Below are positions 46,739 through 56,030 of a DNA stretch of 64,000 nucleotides, piece after piece. Every line of letters starts with the position of its first letter. Position 1 is the first letter of the stretch. This stretch comes from a virus (Duplodnaviria > Caudoviricetes): IMG/VR virus record IMGVR_UViG_3300028197_000002; one strand, given 5' to 3'. The position numbers were made by a program, and so were the translations under genes. The notes under the pieces were generated by a model. The model ran no database searches, was not told where the DNA came from, and was given only the letters and a program-made list of their open reading frames with translations.

Positions 46739-47470
46739 ATGGGAATGTTTAGCTGGTGTTGTAACGGATGTGGGCATGAACTTCATATGGATGAACTTGT
46801 TCGTATGAATGGTTGCGTAGGTGTTTATGATGGATACGGCAGAGCAGGAAATTTTGATTATCAAAATGGCGATCCTCCAGTTTGCTGGCATGAATATTGT
46901 TACCAAGATGCAGTAAAAGATTTTGGAGAACCAGATAATTCTCCAAGCAAACATGCAGAAAATCAAGGTTTCGGATTCAGTATTTTAAAATATATGCGAA
47001 GTGAAGATTGTGAACTTCCTATCAAAATGAATGTGAGAATTGACTGTTCATGGTTTGATGGTGAAAACATACAAGAACAAAATCATATAATTATTAAAAA
47101 TGAAGGTGAATATCAACTTTTTGATAAAAGAAATCTTAGAGATTGTTTTCTGAAAGATGAAGTTGATAGTGAACTTGTAGACAAACTTGAAAAACAATCT
47201 GCCAAAGAAGCCAGTTTTGATGATCTGGATACAGCATTAAAAGTCGCTGAAAGTCTAATGAAAAATCTTCCAAATCCTGAACGTGGTTATGAACTTTCTG
47301 TGTTAGGAAAGCAAGATGGTGAGCATGGAATGATTTATCAATTTAATAAAACTGCTAAAACAAACAAAGTGCCAATCGAAGGAAAATTTTATCCCAACGG
47401 AAATCAGAGATGTAATTATGTTCCAAATGGTGAATTTGAAGAAGATTTATTTTATTCAATAGAGCAATAA
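46739..47470 (+). CDS. conserved phage protein with Cys/His motif
   Basis: MGMFSW.C..C...YDGYGR...CWH..C. Confidence 0.65.
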   Translation: MGMFSWCCNGCGHELHMDELVRMNGCVGVYDGYGRAGNFDYQNGDPPVCWHEYCYQDAVKDFGEPDNSPSKHAENQGFGFSILKYMRSEDCELPIKMNVRIDCSWFDGENIQEQNHIIIKNEGEYQLFDKRNLRDCFLKDEVDSELVDKLEKQSAKEASFDDLDTALKVAESLMKNLPNPERGYELSVLGKQDGEHGMIYQFNKTAKTNKVPIEGKFYPNGNQRCNYVPNGEFEEDLFYSIEQ

Positions 47471-47482
47471 AAATACCAAAGT

Positions 47483-47494
47483 TAGTTTCTGGTA
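47483..47494 (+). promoter_or_regulatory. phage promoter motif (TAGTTTCTGGTA)
   Basis: Family member. Confidence 0.8.
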
Positions 47495-47511
47495 AATGTA
47501 AGGAGACAAAA

Positions 47512-47844
47512 ATGAAAATAGTAAAAGCATTAGTACATGGAAAAAAATATCGTGAATTTCCACTGGATATGTTACGATATGACCGTTGTAGCACATACAG
47601 AGAAGCTGACTCAAGTTTTTTAAAATGTATTGTTAGCTACGAACAGCTACAAGAAAATGCCAAAAATGGTGCTAGACACTGGCAAATAGTAATCTGCAAA
47701 CGAGTAGAAGCTAACGAAAAACAACCTTTTACAACAAAACGATGGGAAAGTTTCGGAGTAAATATAAGAATATTAGAAGAAATTGACCAAATACCAAATA
47801 GCGAATTTCTTTATCCTCATCAAATTAAAAGAGAACTTGTTTAA
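47512..47844 (+). CDS. hypothetical protein
   Basis: AAGGAG RBS. Confidence 0.65.
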   Translation: MKIVKALVHGKKYREFPLDMLRYDRCSTYREADSSFLKCIVSYEQLQENAKNGARHWQIVICKRVEANEKQPFTTKRWESFGVNIRILEEIDQIPNSEFLYPHQIKRELV

Positions 47845-48155
47845 TGGATATTAATAATCATTGCATGAGTAAATTAAATAAAATTCTTGGTGCTAACAAG
47901 GATTTAGGCGTAAAACTCATTAAAGCAGTTAATAATGATCCAACAGATGAAACTATCAACCAACGCAATCAAGTAAACCAAACAATACAACAATCATACG
48001 AAATGCTGTTGGCAATACAAACCTTGAACCAAATATATCAAGAATATCTTGAAAAGAAAAATGAATTAAAAGAAGAAATAGACGAAATGATTGTGTCGGA
48101 TGACCAGTTTTCAGGATATGGACGATCATCAGATGTAAGGTTGCGAATAAAGTAA
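47844..48155 (+). CDS. hypothetical coiled-coil protein
   Basis: ORF track. Confidence 0.6.
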   Translation: MDINNHCMSKLNKILGANKDLGVKLIKAVNNDPTDETINQRNQVNQTIQQSYEMLLAIQTLNQIYQEYLEKKNELKEEIDEMIVSDDQFSGYGRSSDVRLRIK

Positions 48156-48173
48156 AACTATAAAGAATGAAAA

Positions 48174-48848
48174 ATGTTCGATCTAGCTGAATTTAAACAT
48201 AGTCCTAACGGAAATAACCTGAAAAGATTAAACTTTAGATACGAAAACATAATAGAAAAAAATAAGCATCTAATAAAAAATAAAACTGTTATTGATGTCG
48301 GTTGCCACGATTGTAGATGGAGTTATGCTGCTGAACAGGCTGGTGCAACTCAAGTACAAGCATTTGATATAAACAACCTGTATGAAATTAGCGGTGTAAG
48401 TAAATTATTAAAAAATACAACATATCAAAGAGCAGACTTCCATCAAGCATGGGAAAACATAAAACCTGCTGATACTACACTTTGTTTAGGATTTCTTTAT
48501 CACCAATACGATATAAAGGAAATATTAAAAAAAATAAGCGACAAAAGCAACAACTTGATTCTAGACACATATGTAAGTCTTGATGAAAGTAGGCCACTGT
48601 TAGAGTTAAAACCAGAAGGTGCTAAGGAAAGAGGATTTAAGCTATTACAGAATACACTAAGTGAGTATAACCTAGTGCCAAACTTGAGTGCATTAAAAAT
48701 TTTATTAAAATGTGCTGACTACAAAAAAGTCAAAGTGCTAGAACCAAACGAAAACAGTAAATACTTTCAACCAGACTATATCAAAAATAGATCGGGAAAA
48801 AGAAAAAGAATCACTCTGGTAGCGATAAAAAATATAAAAGTAGTTTAA
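48174..48848 (+). CDS. class I SAM-dependent methyltransferase
   Basis: KTVIDVGCHDC (motif I), V.AFD, LCLGFLYH, LILDT. Confidence 0.85.
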   Translation: MFDLAEFKHSPNGNNLKRLNFRYENIIEKNKHLIKNKTVIDVGCHDCRWSYAAEQAGATQVQAFDINNLYEISGVSKLLKNTTYQRADFHQAWENIKPADTTLCLGFLYHQYDIKEILKKISDKSNNLILDTYVSLDESRPLLELKPEGAKERGFKLLQNTLSEYNLVPNLSALKILLKCADYKKVKVLEPNENSKYFQPDYIKNRSGKRKRITLVAIKNIKVV

Positions 48849-48852
48849 GGTA
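48841..48852 (+). promoter_or_regulatory. phage promoter motif (TAGTTTAAGGTA)
   Basis: Family member overlapping the end of the MTase gene. Confidence 0.7.
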
Positions 48853-48857
48853 AGGAT

Positions 48858-49100
48858 ATGAAAGAACTCGCAAACAAAATACGAGAAAACGGAATAGAAG
48901 TAAGTAAAGGTGTATTCGTACAAGATCAAAAGATCACTGTACTGGATAAACAAGGAATCGTTAAAACATGGGACTTTACACACGTTGATATGGACGTAAG
49001 CGAATGTGTGGTTATGTGCATTATCGCTACCCAAAAAGGAAGTGATAAATTAAGAGAAACTATCCACATAGCAAATAAATTAAAACAAGCAAACAAATAG
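48858..49100 (+). CDS. hypothetical protein
   Basis: ORF track. Confidence 0.6.
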   Translation: MKELANKIRENGIEVSKGVFVQDQKITVLDKQGIVKTWDFTHVDMDVSECVVMCIIATQKGSDKLRETIHIANKLKQANK

Positions 49101-49141
49101 AGTTTAGTGTATCCAGCCTAAATAAACTAGGAGGATACCTA

Positions 49142-49336
49142 ATGGATACTAAATTCTCGTTAAGACAAAATCCACAAAATCACCTAGTTAAATTAGAACT
49201 ATGGAGAAAGTACGGAGAGAAAAGTGATGAATGGCTAAGTGACGAAAAGTTCACTGACATGACAATAAAAGAATTAGAACAGTTAGCTGAGTTTATAACA
49301 AATAAAATAAATAAAGCTAAAAATAAAAAAAAGTAA
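49142..49336 (+). CDS. hypothetical protein
   Basis: GGAGG RBS. Confidence 0.6.
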   Translation: MDTKFSLRQNPQNHLVKLELWRKYGEKSDEWLSDEKFTDMTIKELEQLAEFITNKINKAKNKKK

Positions 49337-49660
49337 ATTATAATTAGTTGTTTATTTAATAACAAATAAGAAAAGATCAGTTTTGTGGAAAATTATCCCA
49401 GCCAGATAGTTTAAACTATGTATGGTGTGGGAAATTTGCCATAAAGTTGCTAAAAATGGATCGGTTTATAAAATACCATATAAACTGTTGATAAATTTCA
49501 TGTATAAAGAATATAAAATAAAAAAGTGATAAATTAAAAAATAATTAGTGTATAGTCTGTCTTTACAACAGAGCTTTTTTTTAATATATTCAGAATATAT
49601 TTTTAATTAACTGCCGCCATCGTTAAAATTCCATAAAAAATAAATAAAAAAATAGTAGAT

Positions 49661-49672
49661 TAGTTCATGGTA
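49661..49672 (+). promoter_or_regulatory. phage promoter motif (TAGTTCATGGTA)
   Basis: Family member. Confidence 0.7.
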
Positions 49673-49966
49673 GGAAAAGACATTCTTTTTTTCTCAGGTG
49701 AAGAAAACATGCGAAATATAATTGAATTACAAGACCGAGAGGAATTGAAAAATTATTTTTTAAATGGTGGAGTATCAACACGGATGGCTGTTGCTATGAA
49801 TGTACTATGTGATCCAAATTGGTTACTTGGAGATATTGATTTGATGTATTTTTATTACATTCACTGTGGCAAGCGTCGATTGCCAGATGGATTACATAAC
49901 AATATGATGATGCTTTGCGTTGAAGGTGATGAGAAAAGTAACAAATACATGGATGAGCATGGTTAA
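49667..49966 (+). CDS. LPxxxHN-family protein
   Basis: RRLPDGLHNNMMM; true start probably the downstream ATG (MRNII). Confidence 0.6.
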   Translation: MVGKDILFFSGEENMRNIIELQDREELKNYFLNGGVSTRMAVAMNVLCDPNWLLGDIDLMYFYYIHCGKRRLPDGLHNNMMMLCVEGDEKSNKYMDEHG

Positions 49967-49968
49967 AG

Positions 49969-50739
49969 ATGCAATTTTTATTTAAATGCCTATTTTGTAG
50001 TCCTGTTTTTGTGATTATATTTAATTTAATTAAATATAAGAGCAATGTATTAGAAAAATTATCTACAAGTTACGCATCTGCTAGAGATTTTAGTCCAACA
50101 TTGCCATCACTAGGCAGTGAGAGTTTGTTTTACATTTTGATTTCAATGTTTAGCGTTGGGTTTTTGCTACTTATTTTTAATTTTTGGAAACTTTTAGGTA
50201 TTTTTAGTTTAATTTTTTCTTTAATTTTTTATTATTTGGTTTTAGACGCTGATTTTTTTGTATTTGGTATGATTGGTGGTTTATTTTTGATGTTTTTTGA
50301 AAATACTTCGGTAAAATCGGTACAAATCGCAAAAAATGTCGAAAAAAATGATAAAAAATTAAAAAAAAGCGTTAAAAAAAATAAAAATGGGTCAAAAGTG
50401 ATAAAAAATCAAAAAGTAGTTGATGGTAAAGGTGTTGAGCGACCGATTCCGGCTGTTCCCGTGAAGGAGATAGCAGACAAGCGACCGATTCCGGCTGTAG
50501 CTGCTCATCCAGTGAATGAGATGGCAGAAAGGTGGAAGAAATACGATGAGAAGACATCACCGGCTAGGAAAAAGGTAGAGATTTTTTTCACAGACCGAGT
50601 GATTGAATTTAAAAATAAATTTTTTTCATCTGGGCGGAGGAAAACGAATGTATTTCGTGAATTGGTGACGATAACGATAGTGATATGTGGTTGTGTAGGG
50701 AGTTTGGTTGTAGTGCTTTTGTTTCAGAGTCTAAATTAG
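49969..50739 (+). CDS. multi-pass membrane protein
   Basis: Several hydrophobic helices; duplicated RPIPAV segment. Confidence 0.6.
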   Translation: MQFLFKCLFCSPVFVIIFNLIKYKSNVLEKLSTSYASARDFSPTLPSLGSESLFYILISMFSVGFLLLIFNFWKLLGIFSLIFSLIFYYLVLDADFFVFGMIGGLFLMFFENTSVKSVQIAKNVEKNDKKLKKSVKKNKNGSKVIKNQKVVDGKGVERPIPAVPVKEIADKRPIPAVAAHPVNEMAERWKKYDEKTSPARKKVEIFFTDRVIEFKNKFFSSGRRKTNVFRELVTITIVICGCVGSLVVVLLFQSLN

Positions 50740-50762
50740 ATAAAAATACTATAAATTAATGC

Positions 50763-50791
50763 TTTACACTTTCAAAAAGTTTTGCTAAAAT
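50763..50791 (+). promoter_or_regulatory. host sigma-70-type promoter
   Basis: TTTACA-N17-TAAAAT. Confidence 0.6.
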
Positions 50792-50867
50792 GTTTTCTTA
50801 GTGTTTTGGGGAAAAACAATCCTAAAAACTTTCTTTAATTTGGTTACATAAACAACGGAGTAGTAAT

Positions 50868-51356
50868 ATGGCAGGTCCGGGTCGTCCAAAGGGTAGTAGT
50901 GGAGTCAACAAGTCCGCTAAAATCCGCGAATATCTGGAACAGAATCCAGATTCCACAACAACGGAAGTTATTGAAGTTCTTGCTCAAGACGGAGTTGATG
51001 TAAGTCAACCTTTAGTAGTAGGTGTTCGAAGCCGAGCTTTTGGAGTTAAAAAGAAGCGTGGTGAGATTACCATTAATGAACTAGAAAAGTTAAATAATAA
51101 TATTGACAGTGTATTTGATGACCGTGAAATGGTTGGTCAGGTCATGGATCAATTTTCTACATGGGCAGATGAGCTTGGTGGGTGGGAACGGTTTACCACT
51201 GCTATGAAAACAGCGTTGGCTAACGAGAGTTTCACCGCTAATCCAAAAGCTGCTGAAGAGTGTGAAACTGAATCTGAGTGTGAATCTGAGTGCGAATCTG
51301 AGTGCGAATCATCTGATGAAGAAACAGATGAGTACGAAGATGATGAAGAAGAATAA
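50868..51356 (+). CDS. DNA-binding protein (AT-hook-like + NKS..IR.YL family) with acidic tail
   Basis: GRPKG, VNKSAKIREYLEQNP...V...L...GV.VS; (ESEC)n 12-bp repeat. Confidence 0.7.
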   Translation: MAGPGRPKGSSGVNKSAKIREYLEQNPDSTTTEVIEVLAQDGVDVSQPLVVGVRSRAFGVKKKRGEITINELEKLNNNIDSVFDDREMVGQVMDQFSTWADELGGWERFTTAMKTALANESFTANPKAAEECETESECESECESECESSDEETDEYEDDEEE

Positions 51357-51408
51357 AATTATAATTTAATAAAGTTTGTCCTTGTTGGACGCCCCTAGCT
51401 TTATTAAT

Positions 51409-51488
51409 CAGCGGTTTGATCCAGCAAGCGGATTGGTTTATTATTATTATCGAACCATAATGCCAGCCAGATCAAACCGCTGTTTTTT
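51409..51488 (+). terminator. long hairpin with T-tract (terminator or small RNA)
   Basis: 13-bp CAGCGGTTTGATC/GATCAAACCGCTG, inner TGGTT/AACCA stem, T-run. Confidence 0.6.
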
Positions 51489-51520
51489 TAATAATAAATA
51501 TTATTTAAAGCGAGAACCGG

Positions 51521-51826
51521 ATGCTCGAACATTTAAATGTAATAAGCAAATTTCAAAATTTAAAAAAGAATGAGACTTTAAAAGGTAGTGTAATTGAAAG
51601 GTACAAAGCTGCTCGTGTTGAACGATTGCGCGAACTATACTCAATTCATGAACCACTCTTAGAGAAGCGATGTATTTATGAGCATCCAAATGATGCGCGA
51701 TATAATTGCTATGCTATGTTCCCATTGAATGAGAATGAGATGAACAGTCCTTTTGATTTACCAGACTTTGAGAGTCACATGCCAGACCTAGATAATTTTT
51801 TGATAGATTCTGGGTTGCACAAATAA
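51521..51826 (+). CDS. hypothetical protein
   Basis: ORF track. Confidence 0.5.
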   Translation: MLEHLNVISKFQNLKKNETLKGSVIERYKAARVERLRELYSIHEPLLEKRCIYEHPNDARYNCYAMFPLNENEMNSPFDLPDFESHMPDLDNFLIDSGLHK

Positions 51827-51931
51827 CAAAACAAGTCTCCACCTTCTAAAAGTGAAAAGACATGTTAAGTACCGTGCTTTTATTTTTTATTAATTAATGG
51901 GTCATCTGCTAGTTATTAATAAAAAAACTGT

Positions 51932-52208
51932 TGCACAAATGAAACAACTTTCTGGATAGATCCTTTTTAGAAAAGTGATTTAAGTTTTTCGACTTGCAAT
52001 TAATTATAAATAATGCCTTATTTGATATTTAATAACTTTTGACCTTTATCCAGATTGCTTGCACAAATCCGGGGATATAAAAAAACAAACAAACCAGGCC
52101 TGGATGATTTAAGTTTTCCTCATAGCAATTAATTATAAATAAAGCATTAATTATAATTTAATAATCTTGACCTTTATCCGAGCGAAAGAAAAGGTTTGAC
52201 CTTTATCC
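51932..52208 (+). repeat. tandem ~128-bp degenerate repeat carrying bipartite elements C4 and C5 and three TTGACCTTTATCC 13-mers
   Basis: TGCACAAAT at 51932 and 52060; TGATTTAAGTTTT at 51976 and 52105; 13-mers at 52039, 52167, 52196. Confidence 0.85.
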
Positions 52209-52271
52209 TGATTCTTCTTTTTGGAGCTAATCTTATTCTTCATGGGGATAAATTAATAAATTAATAAAGAG

Positions 52272-52283
52272 TAGTTTACTGAA
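52272..52283 (+). promoter_or_regulatory. phage promoter motif variant (TAGTTTACTGAA)
   Basis: AAAGAG-TAGTTT context and CAACAAC leader. Confidence 0.5.
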
Positions 52284-52317
52284 AGAGTATCAATCAACAA
52301 CTTTCGAGGATACGAAG

Positions 52318-53097
52318 ATGCTTTTGAACTATCATTCAGATGTAGACCAGAGCAAGGTCAATCATTACGATGCGGACAATTTCTCAGATGGGATTCCAAA
52401 GTTCCGTAGTTTTAATCGGATGTGGAATTGGTACAATCGCAAGAGTCGTTCTACTCGTAAGCGTACTAATCTTGGCAAGCGTCTGGACAGTAAAACAGAG
52501 CGTTGGATTTTAGAGGGTAGCGTACAGCATATTATTAAATATGCTCATGCTTGCGAAACTCGTTTGCCGATTGAATTTGAAGATGTCATTTTCAATGAAG
52601 AAAACATAGAGAATTATGGCATTTCATATTTAAAAAACAGAATTTATCTCGAAGATGGTGGAGAGCGTAGAGGCATTCCTGCATACGAAGAACGATTTAG
52701 GTCTAATCCCAGATTGTTATTGAACTACGCAAAATATCTTCAGGTTCGTTTACCAGAAGATTGGGAATCTAGTTTTATTGGTGATCCAAGAGTTTGTTGT
52801 GAGTATGCTCATGGTTTCTTGAATGGTCGTTTGCCTGAGCAATTACATAATTATATGTATATGGCTCAACTGTCGGACGATAAGGACAGGCGGCTGATGT
52901 ATCAGGATCGTGGCAGAACGATTCAAGTTCAGGAAGTTTTTGAATTTAATTGTTCTGGTTCAAAAACTTATTTTGATTTTATTAAATTTCAACGAGAAAA
53001 TTTAAAAGAAAAAATTTCTCATTATGTAAAAAGTTACGAAATGGACAAGAACGCATCTATTGCAGAATTTTTGCATGAATTAGAATTTGGCAAATAA
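52318..53097 (+). CDS. LPxxxHN-family protein with helical YA...RLP repeats
   Basis: KYAHACETRLP, NYAKYLQVRLP, EYAHGFLNGRLPEQLHNYM. Confidence 0.75.
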   Translation: MLLNYHSDVDQSKVNHYDADNFSDGIPKFRSFNRMWNWYNRKSRSTRKRTNLGKRLDSKTERWILEGSVQHIIKYAHACETRLPIEFEDVIFNEENIENYGISYLKNRIYLEDGGERRGIPAYEERFRSNPRLLLNYAKYLQVRLPEDWESSFIGDPRVCCEYAHGFLNGRLPEQLHNYMYMAQLSDDKDRRLMYQDRGRTIQVQEVFEFNCSGSKTYFDFIKFQRENLKEKISHYVKSYEMDKNASIAEFLHELEFGK

Positions 53098-53109
53098 AAT
53101 TTTAAAAAG

Positions 53110-53121
53110 TAGTTTTTGGTA
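53110..53121 (+). promoter_or_regulatory. phage promoter motif (TAGTTTTTGGTA)
   Basis: Family member. Confidence 0.8.
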
Positions 53122-53147
53122 CAATCAGTTCTCAACAACAATCAACA

Positions 53148-54422
53148 ATGGGTTTTCTAATGATTAGCCAAGATCAAATCGCAAGGTTTCGTGACGATTT
53201 AGAAACAGTGATGTGTAAGTATTCGATTGAATTTCCTTTCTGGGGAGTTTTGTCGGAGCGAATCAAGTTTAGTCTTGTAACGGAAGGCGTTCCTACTGCT
53301 GGCATGACTCCTGATGGTCATTGCATGTTCAATGTCAATTTTATTGAAGAATTGCGAACTAAGCATAAGGATAAATTTCATAAGAAACTTTTGTTTTTGA
53401 CTGCCCATGAGATAAGTCATTTTGTTTTTGAGCATGGTGATCGTCAAGGTGATCGTGACAAGATGATGTTCAATGTTGCTGCTGACTATGCGATCAATCT
53501 TTTGCTTCATTATCAATTTGGTAAAAACAAAGATTATTTCATCGAAAGTGGAATGTTAGACGAACAGTATCAGGGCATGACTGCTGAAAGTATTTATGAA
53601 AAACTGATGCAAGACCCTGAGAACAAGAATAGTCGCAAAAACAAAAAGGTTATGATTGACATTCTTGGTGAGGGCGAAGGTGAAGGTGAAGGCGAAGGTG
53701 AAGGGAATAGCGAGGTCATTCGTGATCGTAGAGTTCCTATGCCTAAGTCTGATGGCAAAAGTTCTAATCAAGCCAAGAGCGAAATGTCAGATCATATTGT
53801 TCGTGCTTTGAGTGAAGCATTTGCCGTTGCCAAGAGTCAAGGCAAGTTGCCTGCTGATTTTGAACGTGCTATTAGCAAGATTCTAAAGCCTAAAGTAGAT
53901 TGGCTTAGAGCGTTGCGTAGCAAGATGCGTTTTGGAATGAGTAGGTTAGAAAAGCGTGATGCTGATTGGCTGAATCCTAATCGACGTTTTCTAGGCAGAG
54001 ATTATATTCTTCCTAGTCAGTGTGGTGCTAACGCTCCTAAGATTGCCTATGCTGTTGATACTTCTGGTAGCATGAGTCAACGTGACCTAGAGCAAGCTAT
54101 GAGTGAACTAGAAGAAATCCGCAAGCGTTTTAATGCAAAGGTTTACGTTTTAGATTGTGATGCTGATGTTCATGGTTCTGGGTGGATTCAACCGCAACAA
54201 CCACTACCTGTTTTGAATGGTGGTGGCGGGACAGACTTTGTTCCAGTGTTTGAACACCTTAGCGAAATGCGTATGAAACCAGACTACTGTATCTTCTTCA
54301 CAGACGGGTACGGAAGGTTTGGTGACAATGCACCCAACTATCCTGTTCTTTGGGTAATGACTAGCGATGTAAAGCCTCCGTTTGGCGATACGATTCAAGT
54401 CAATGTTCCTTATGAAGAATAA
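53148..54422 (+). CDS. metallopeptidase-like + VWA domain protein (DUF2201-type)
   Basis: AHEISH (HExxH), NVAADYAIN, AVDTSGSMS (MIDAS), GGGGTDF, FTDGYG. Confidence 0.92.
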   Translation: MGFLMISQDQIARFRDDLETVMCKYSIEFPFWGVLSERIKFSLVTEGVPTAGMTPDGHCMFNVNFIEELRTKHKDKFHKKLLFLTAHEISHFVFEHGDRQGDRDKMMFNVAADYAINLLLHYQFGKNKDYFIESGMLDEQYQGMTAESIYEKLMQDPENKNSRKNKKVMIDILGEGEGEGEGEGEGNSEVIRDRRVPMPKSDGKSSNQAKSEMSDHIVRALSEAFAVAKSQGKLPADFERAISKILKPKVDWLRALRSKMRFGMSRLEKRDADWLNPNRRFLGRDYILPSQCGANAPKIAYAVDTSGSMSQRDLEQAMSELEEIRKRFNAKVYVLDCDADVHGSGWIQPQQPLPVLNGGGGTDFVPVFEHLSEMRMKPDYCIFFTDGYGRFGDNAPNYPVLWVMTSDVKPPFGDTIQVNVPYEE

Positions 54423-54753
54423 TAGGATAACAAAACCTATGTTCCTTAATGACGGCCAGATAGTAGATGATAATTTCTTACCCATAGATTCCCCTGAAAG
54501 AGTCTACCTTTGGGCAAAGTATGTTGTGAAAGGCAAAATATCTTTAGAGAAGGAACAAATTTTATATGATTCTCCAAGACTGATTTATTTTTATAGCAAA
54601 CTTTTAATTGAATTAGGAATCTCTATTCCAGATCATCTTCATAATTTTATGCTGATGGAATCAATGAACAGAGTTGATGATGACCAAAAAGAATATGACC
54701 AAAAAGAATTTATTTTAAATTTTTTAAAATTGATTAAAAAAATTCCAGAGTAG
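54382..54753 (+). CDS. LPxxxHN-family protein
   Basis: WAKYVVKGKI, SIPDHLHNFMLM. Confidence 0.6.
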   Translation: MAIRFKSMFLMKNNRITKPMFLNDGQIVDDNFLPIDSPERVYLWAKYVVKGKISLEKEQILYDSPRLIYFYSKLLIELGISIPDHLHNFMLMESMNRVDDDQKEYDQKEFILNFLKLIKKIPE

Positions 54754-54762
54754 TTTCTGGTA
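54751..54762 (+). promoter_or_regulatory. phage promoter motif (TAGTTTCTGGTA)
   Basis: Family member. Confidence 0.8.
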
Positions 54763-54809
54763 AAGATAGTTCTCAACAACACTCTCAACAACAAACAAGG
54801 AAACGTCTT

Positions 54810-55916
54810 ATGTCAGACAAGATCATCAACACCTCAAACGTAATTACTGGTTCTCTTAGTGAGAAGATTCGTCGTTGTCGTGCAGTCAAGACAAACAAGG
54901 GCGATGGGCTTCCCATGATGATTTATGGAAGTCCGGGGGTTGGTAAATCGGAACAAGTTGCCGAAGCACTTGGCGAAGATGAACTAATGATCGACCTTCG
55001 ATTGAATAGTCTTGATAGCATTGACCTTCGTGGATTGCCTATCATCTGTAAAGACAAAGATCGTCGTCCTACGGAAGTCAAGTGGGTACGTCCAGAGTTT
55101 ATTCCTGATGATGGGGGCGTAGTGGTTGACGGAAAGAAATACACTGGTGGTATTATCTTTTTGGATGAGATCAATACTGCTGCACCTAGCGTTCAGAATC
55201 CAGCGTTGCAGTTGGTACTAGACCGCAAGGTAGGTTCTCATCATCTTGGCAAGAACTGGTACATTTGTGCTGCTGGTAACAAGCAAGATGACAAGGCTCA
55301 TGTTTATCCTTTAAGTGCTGCTTTACGTCAACGGTTTGCGGTCTACCATTACGAACCAGACCACAATACTTGGACTAATTGGGCTGTAAAGAATGACGTT
55401 CATCCTCATGTCATTGGGTTTATTTCATTCAAACCAGATTTGTTGATTCAGCCAAGTGTGGACGAAGAATCTAACAATCCTTCTCCTAGAAGTTGGTATT
55501 ATGTTTCGCAGAGACTTCATGCAGACCAGAACGAACTAGAGGACATTCGCAGCATCGTTGGTTCTGCCGCAACAGAGTTCATGGCATACCAAGCGGTTTG
55601 CGAGAATCTTCCTAGCATCAAAGATATGTTGGAAGGCAAGGTTGAATGGAAAGAGGATTCGTCAAACGTCACGATCAGTTATGCTGTAAGTAACGCTCTT
55701 GCCACTCACATGCTTCGATCTGACAATGTGAAAGATCATATCGAAAATGCCTTTGAAGCGTTGTTGAATATGTCTGGTGAACCTAGCATCTTGTTCATGC
55801 GACGAGTTATGCACTCTGATAATGACAAGTTGAAGCAAGCATTGTTTACAAGCGACAATGGTAAAAAGTGGTTCAAGAAACATGGTGATCGTATGACTAA
55901 AGCTATTCAAATGTAA
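54810..55916 (+). CDS. MoxR-like AAA+ ATPase
   Basis: GSPGVGKS, DLRGLP, IIFLDEIN, AAGN, AL.QRF, PSPRSW. Confidence 0.92.
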   Translation: MSDKIINTSNVITGSLSEKIRRCRAVKTNKGDGLPMMIYGSPGVGKSEQVAEALGEDELMIDLRLNSLDSIDLRGLPIICKDKDRRPTEVKWVRPEFIPDDGGVVVDGKKYTGGIIFLDEINTAAPSVQNPALQLVLDRKVGSHHLGKNWYICAAGNKQDDKAHVYPLSAALRQRFAVYHYEPDHNTWTNWAVKNDVHPHVIGFISFKPDLLIQPSVDEESNNPSPRSWYYVSQRLHADQNELEDIRSIVGSAATEFMAYQAVCENLPSIKDMLEGKVEWKEDSSNVTISYAVSNALATHMLRSDNVKDHIENAFEALLNMSGEPSILFMRRVMHSDNDKLKQALFTSDNGKKWFKKHGDRMTKAIQM

Positions 55917-55937
55917 AAAGAATTTGTTGTTGAGAAG

Positions 55938-55971
55938 TCCCTCCTGCCCCGAAAGGGGTGGGGGGATTTTT
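55938..55971 (+). terminator. intrinsic terminator
   Basis: TCCCTCCTGCCCC-GAAA-GGGGTGGGGGGA + TTTTT. Confidence 0.85.
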
Positions 55972-56030
55972 AATATATATTTTAAAGTAATTTTTAAATA
56001 CAATAACAATATTGTTAAAAAAATAGAAAG

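Noticed and set aside
53670-53705. GE and ESEC low-complexity coding repeats (also 51271-51310)
   Set aside because: Ordinary flexible or acidic linkers; no evidence of a distinct function.
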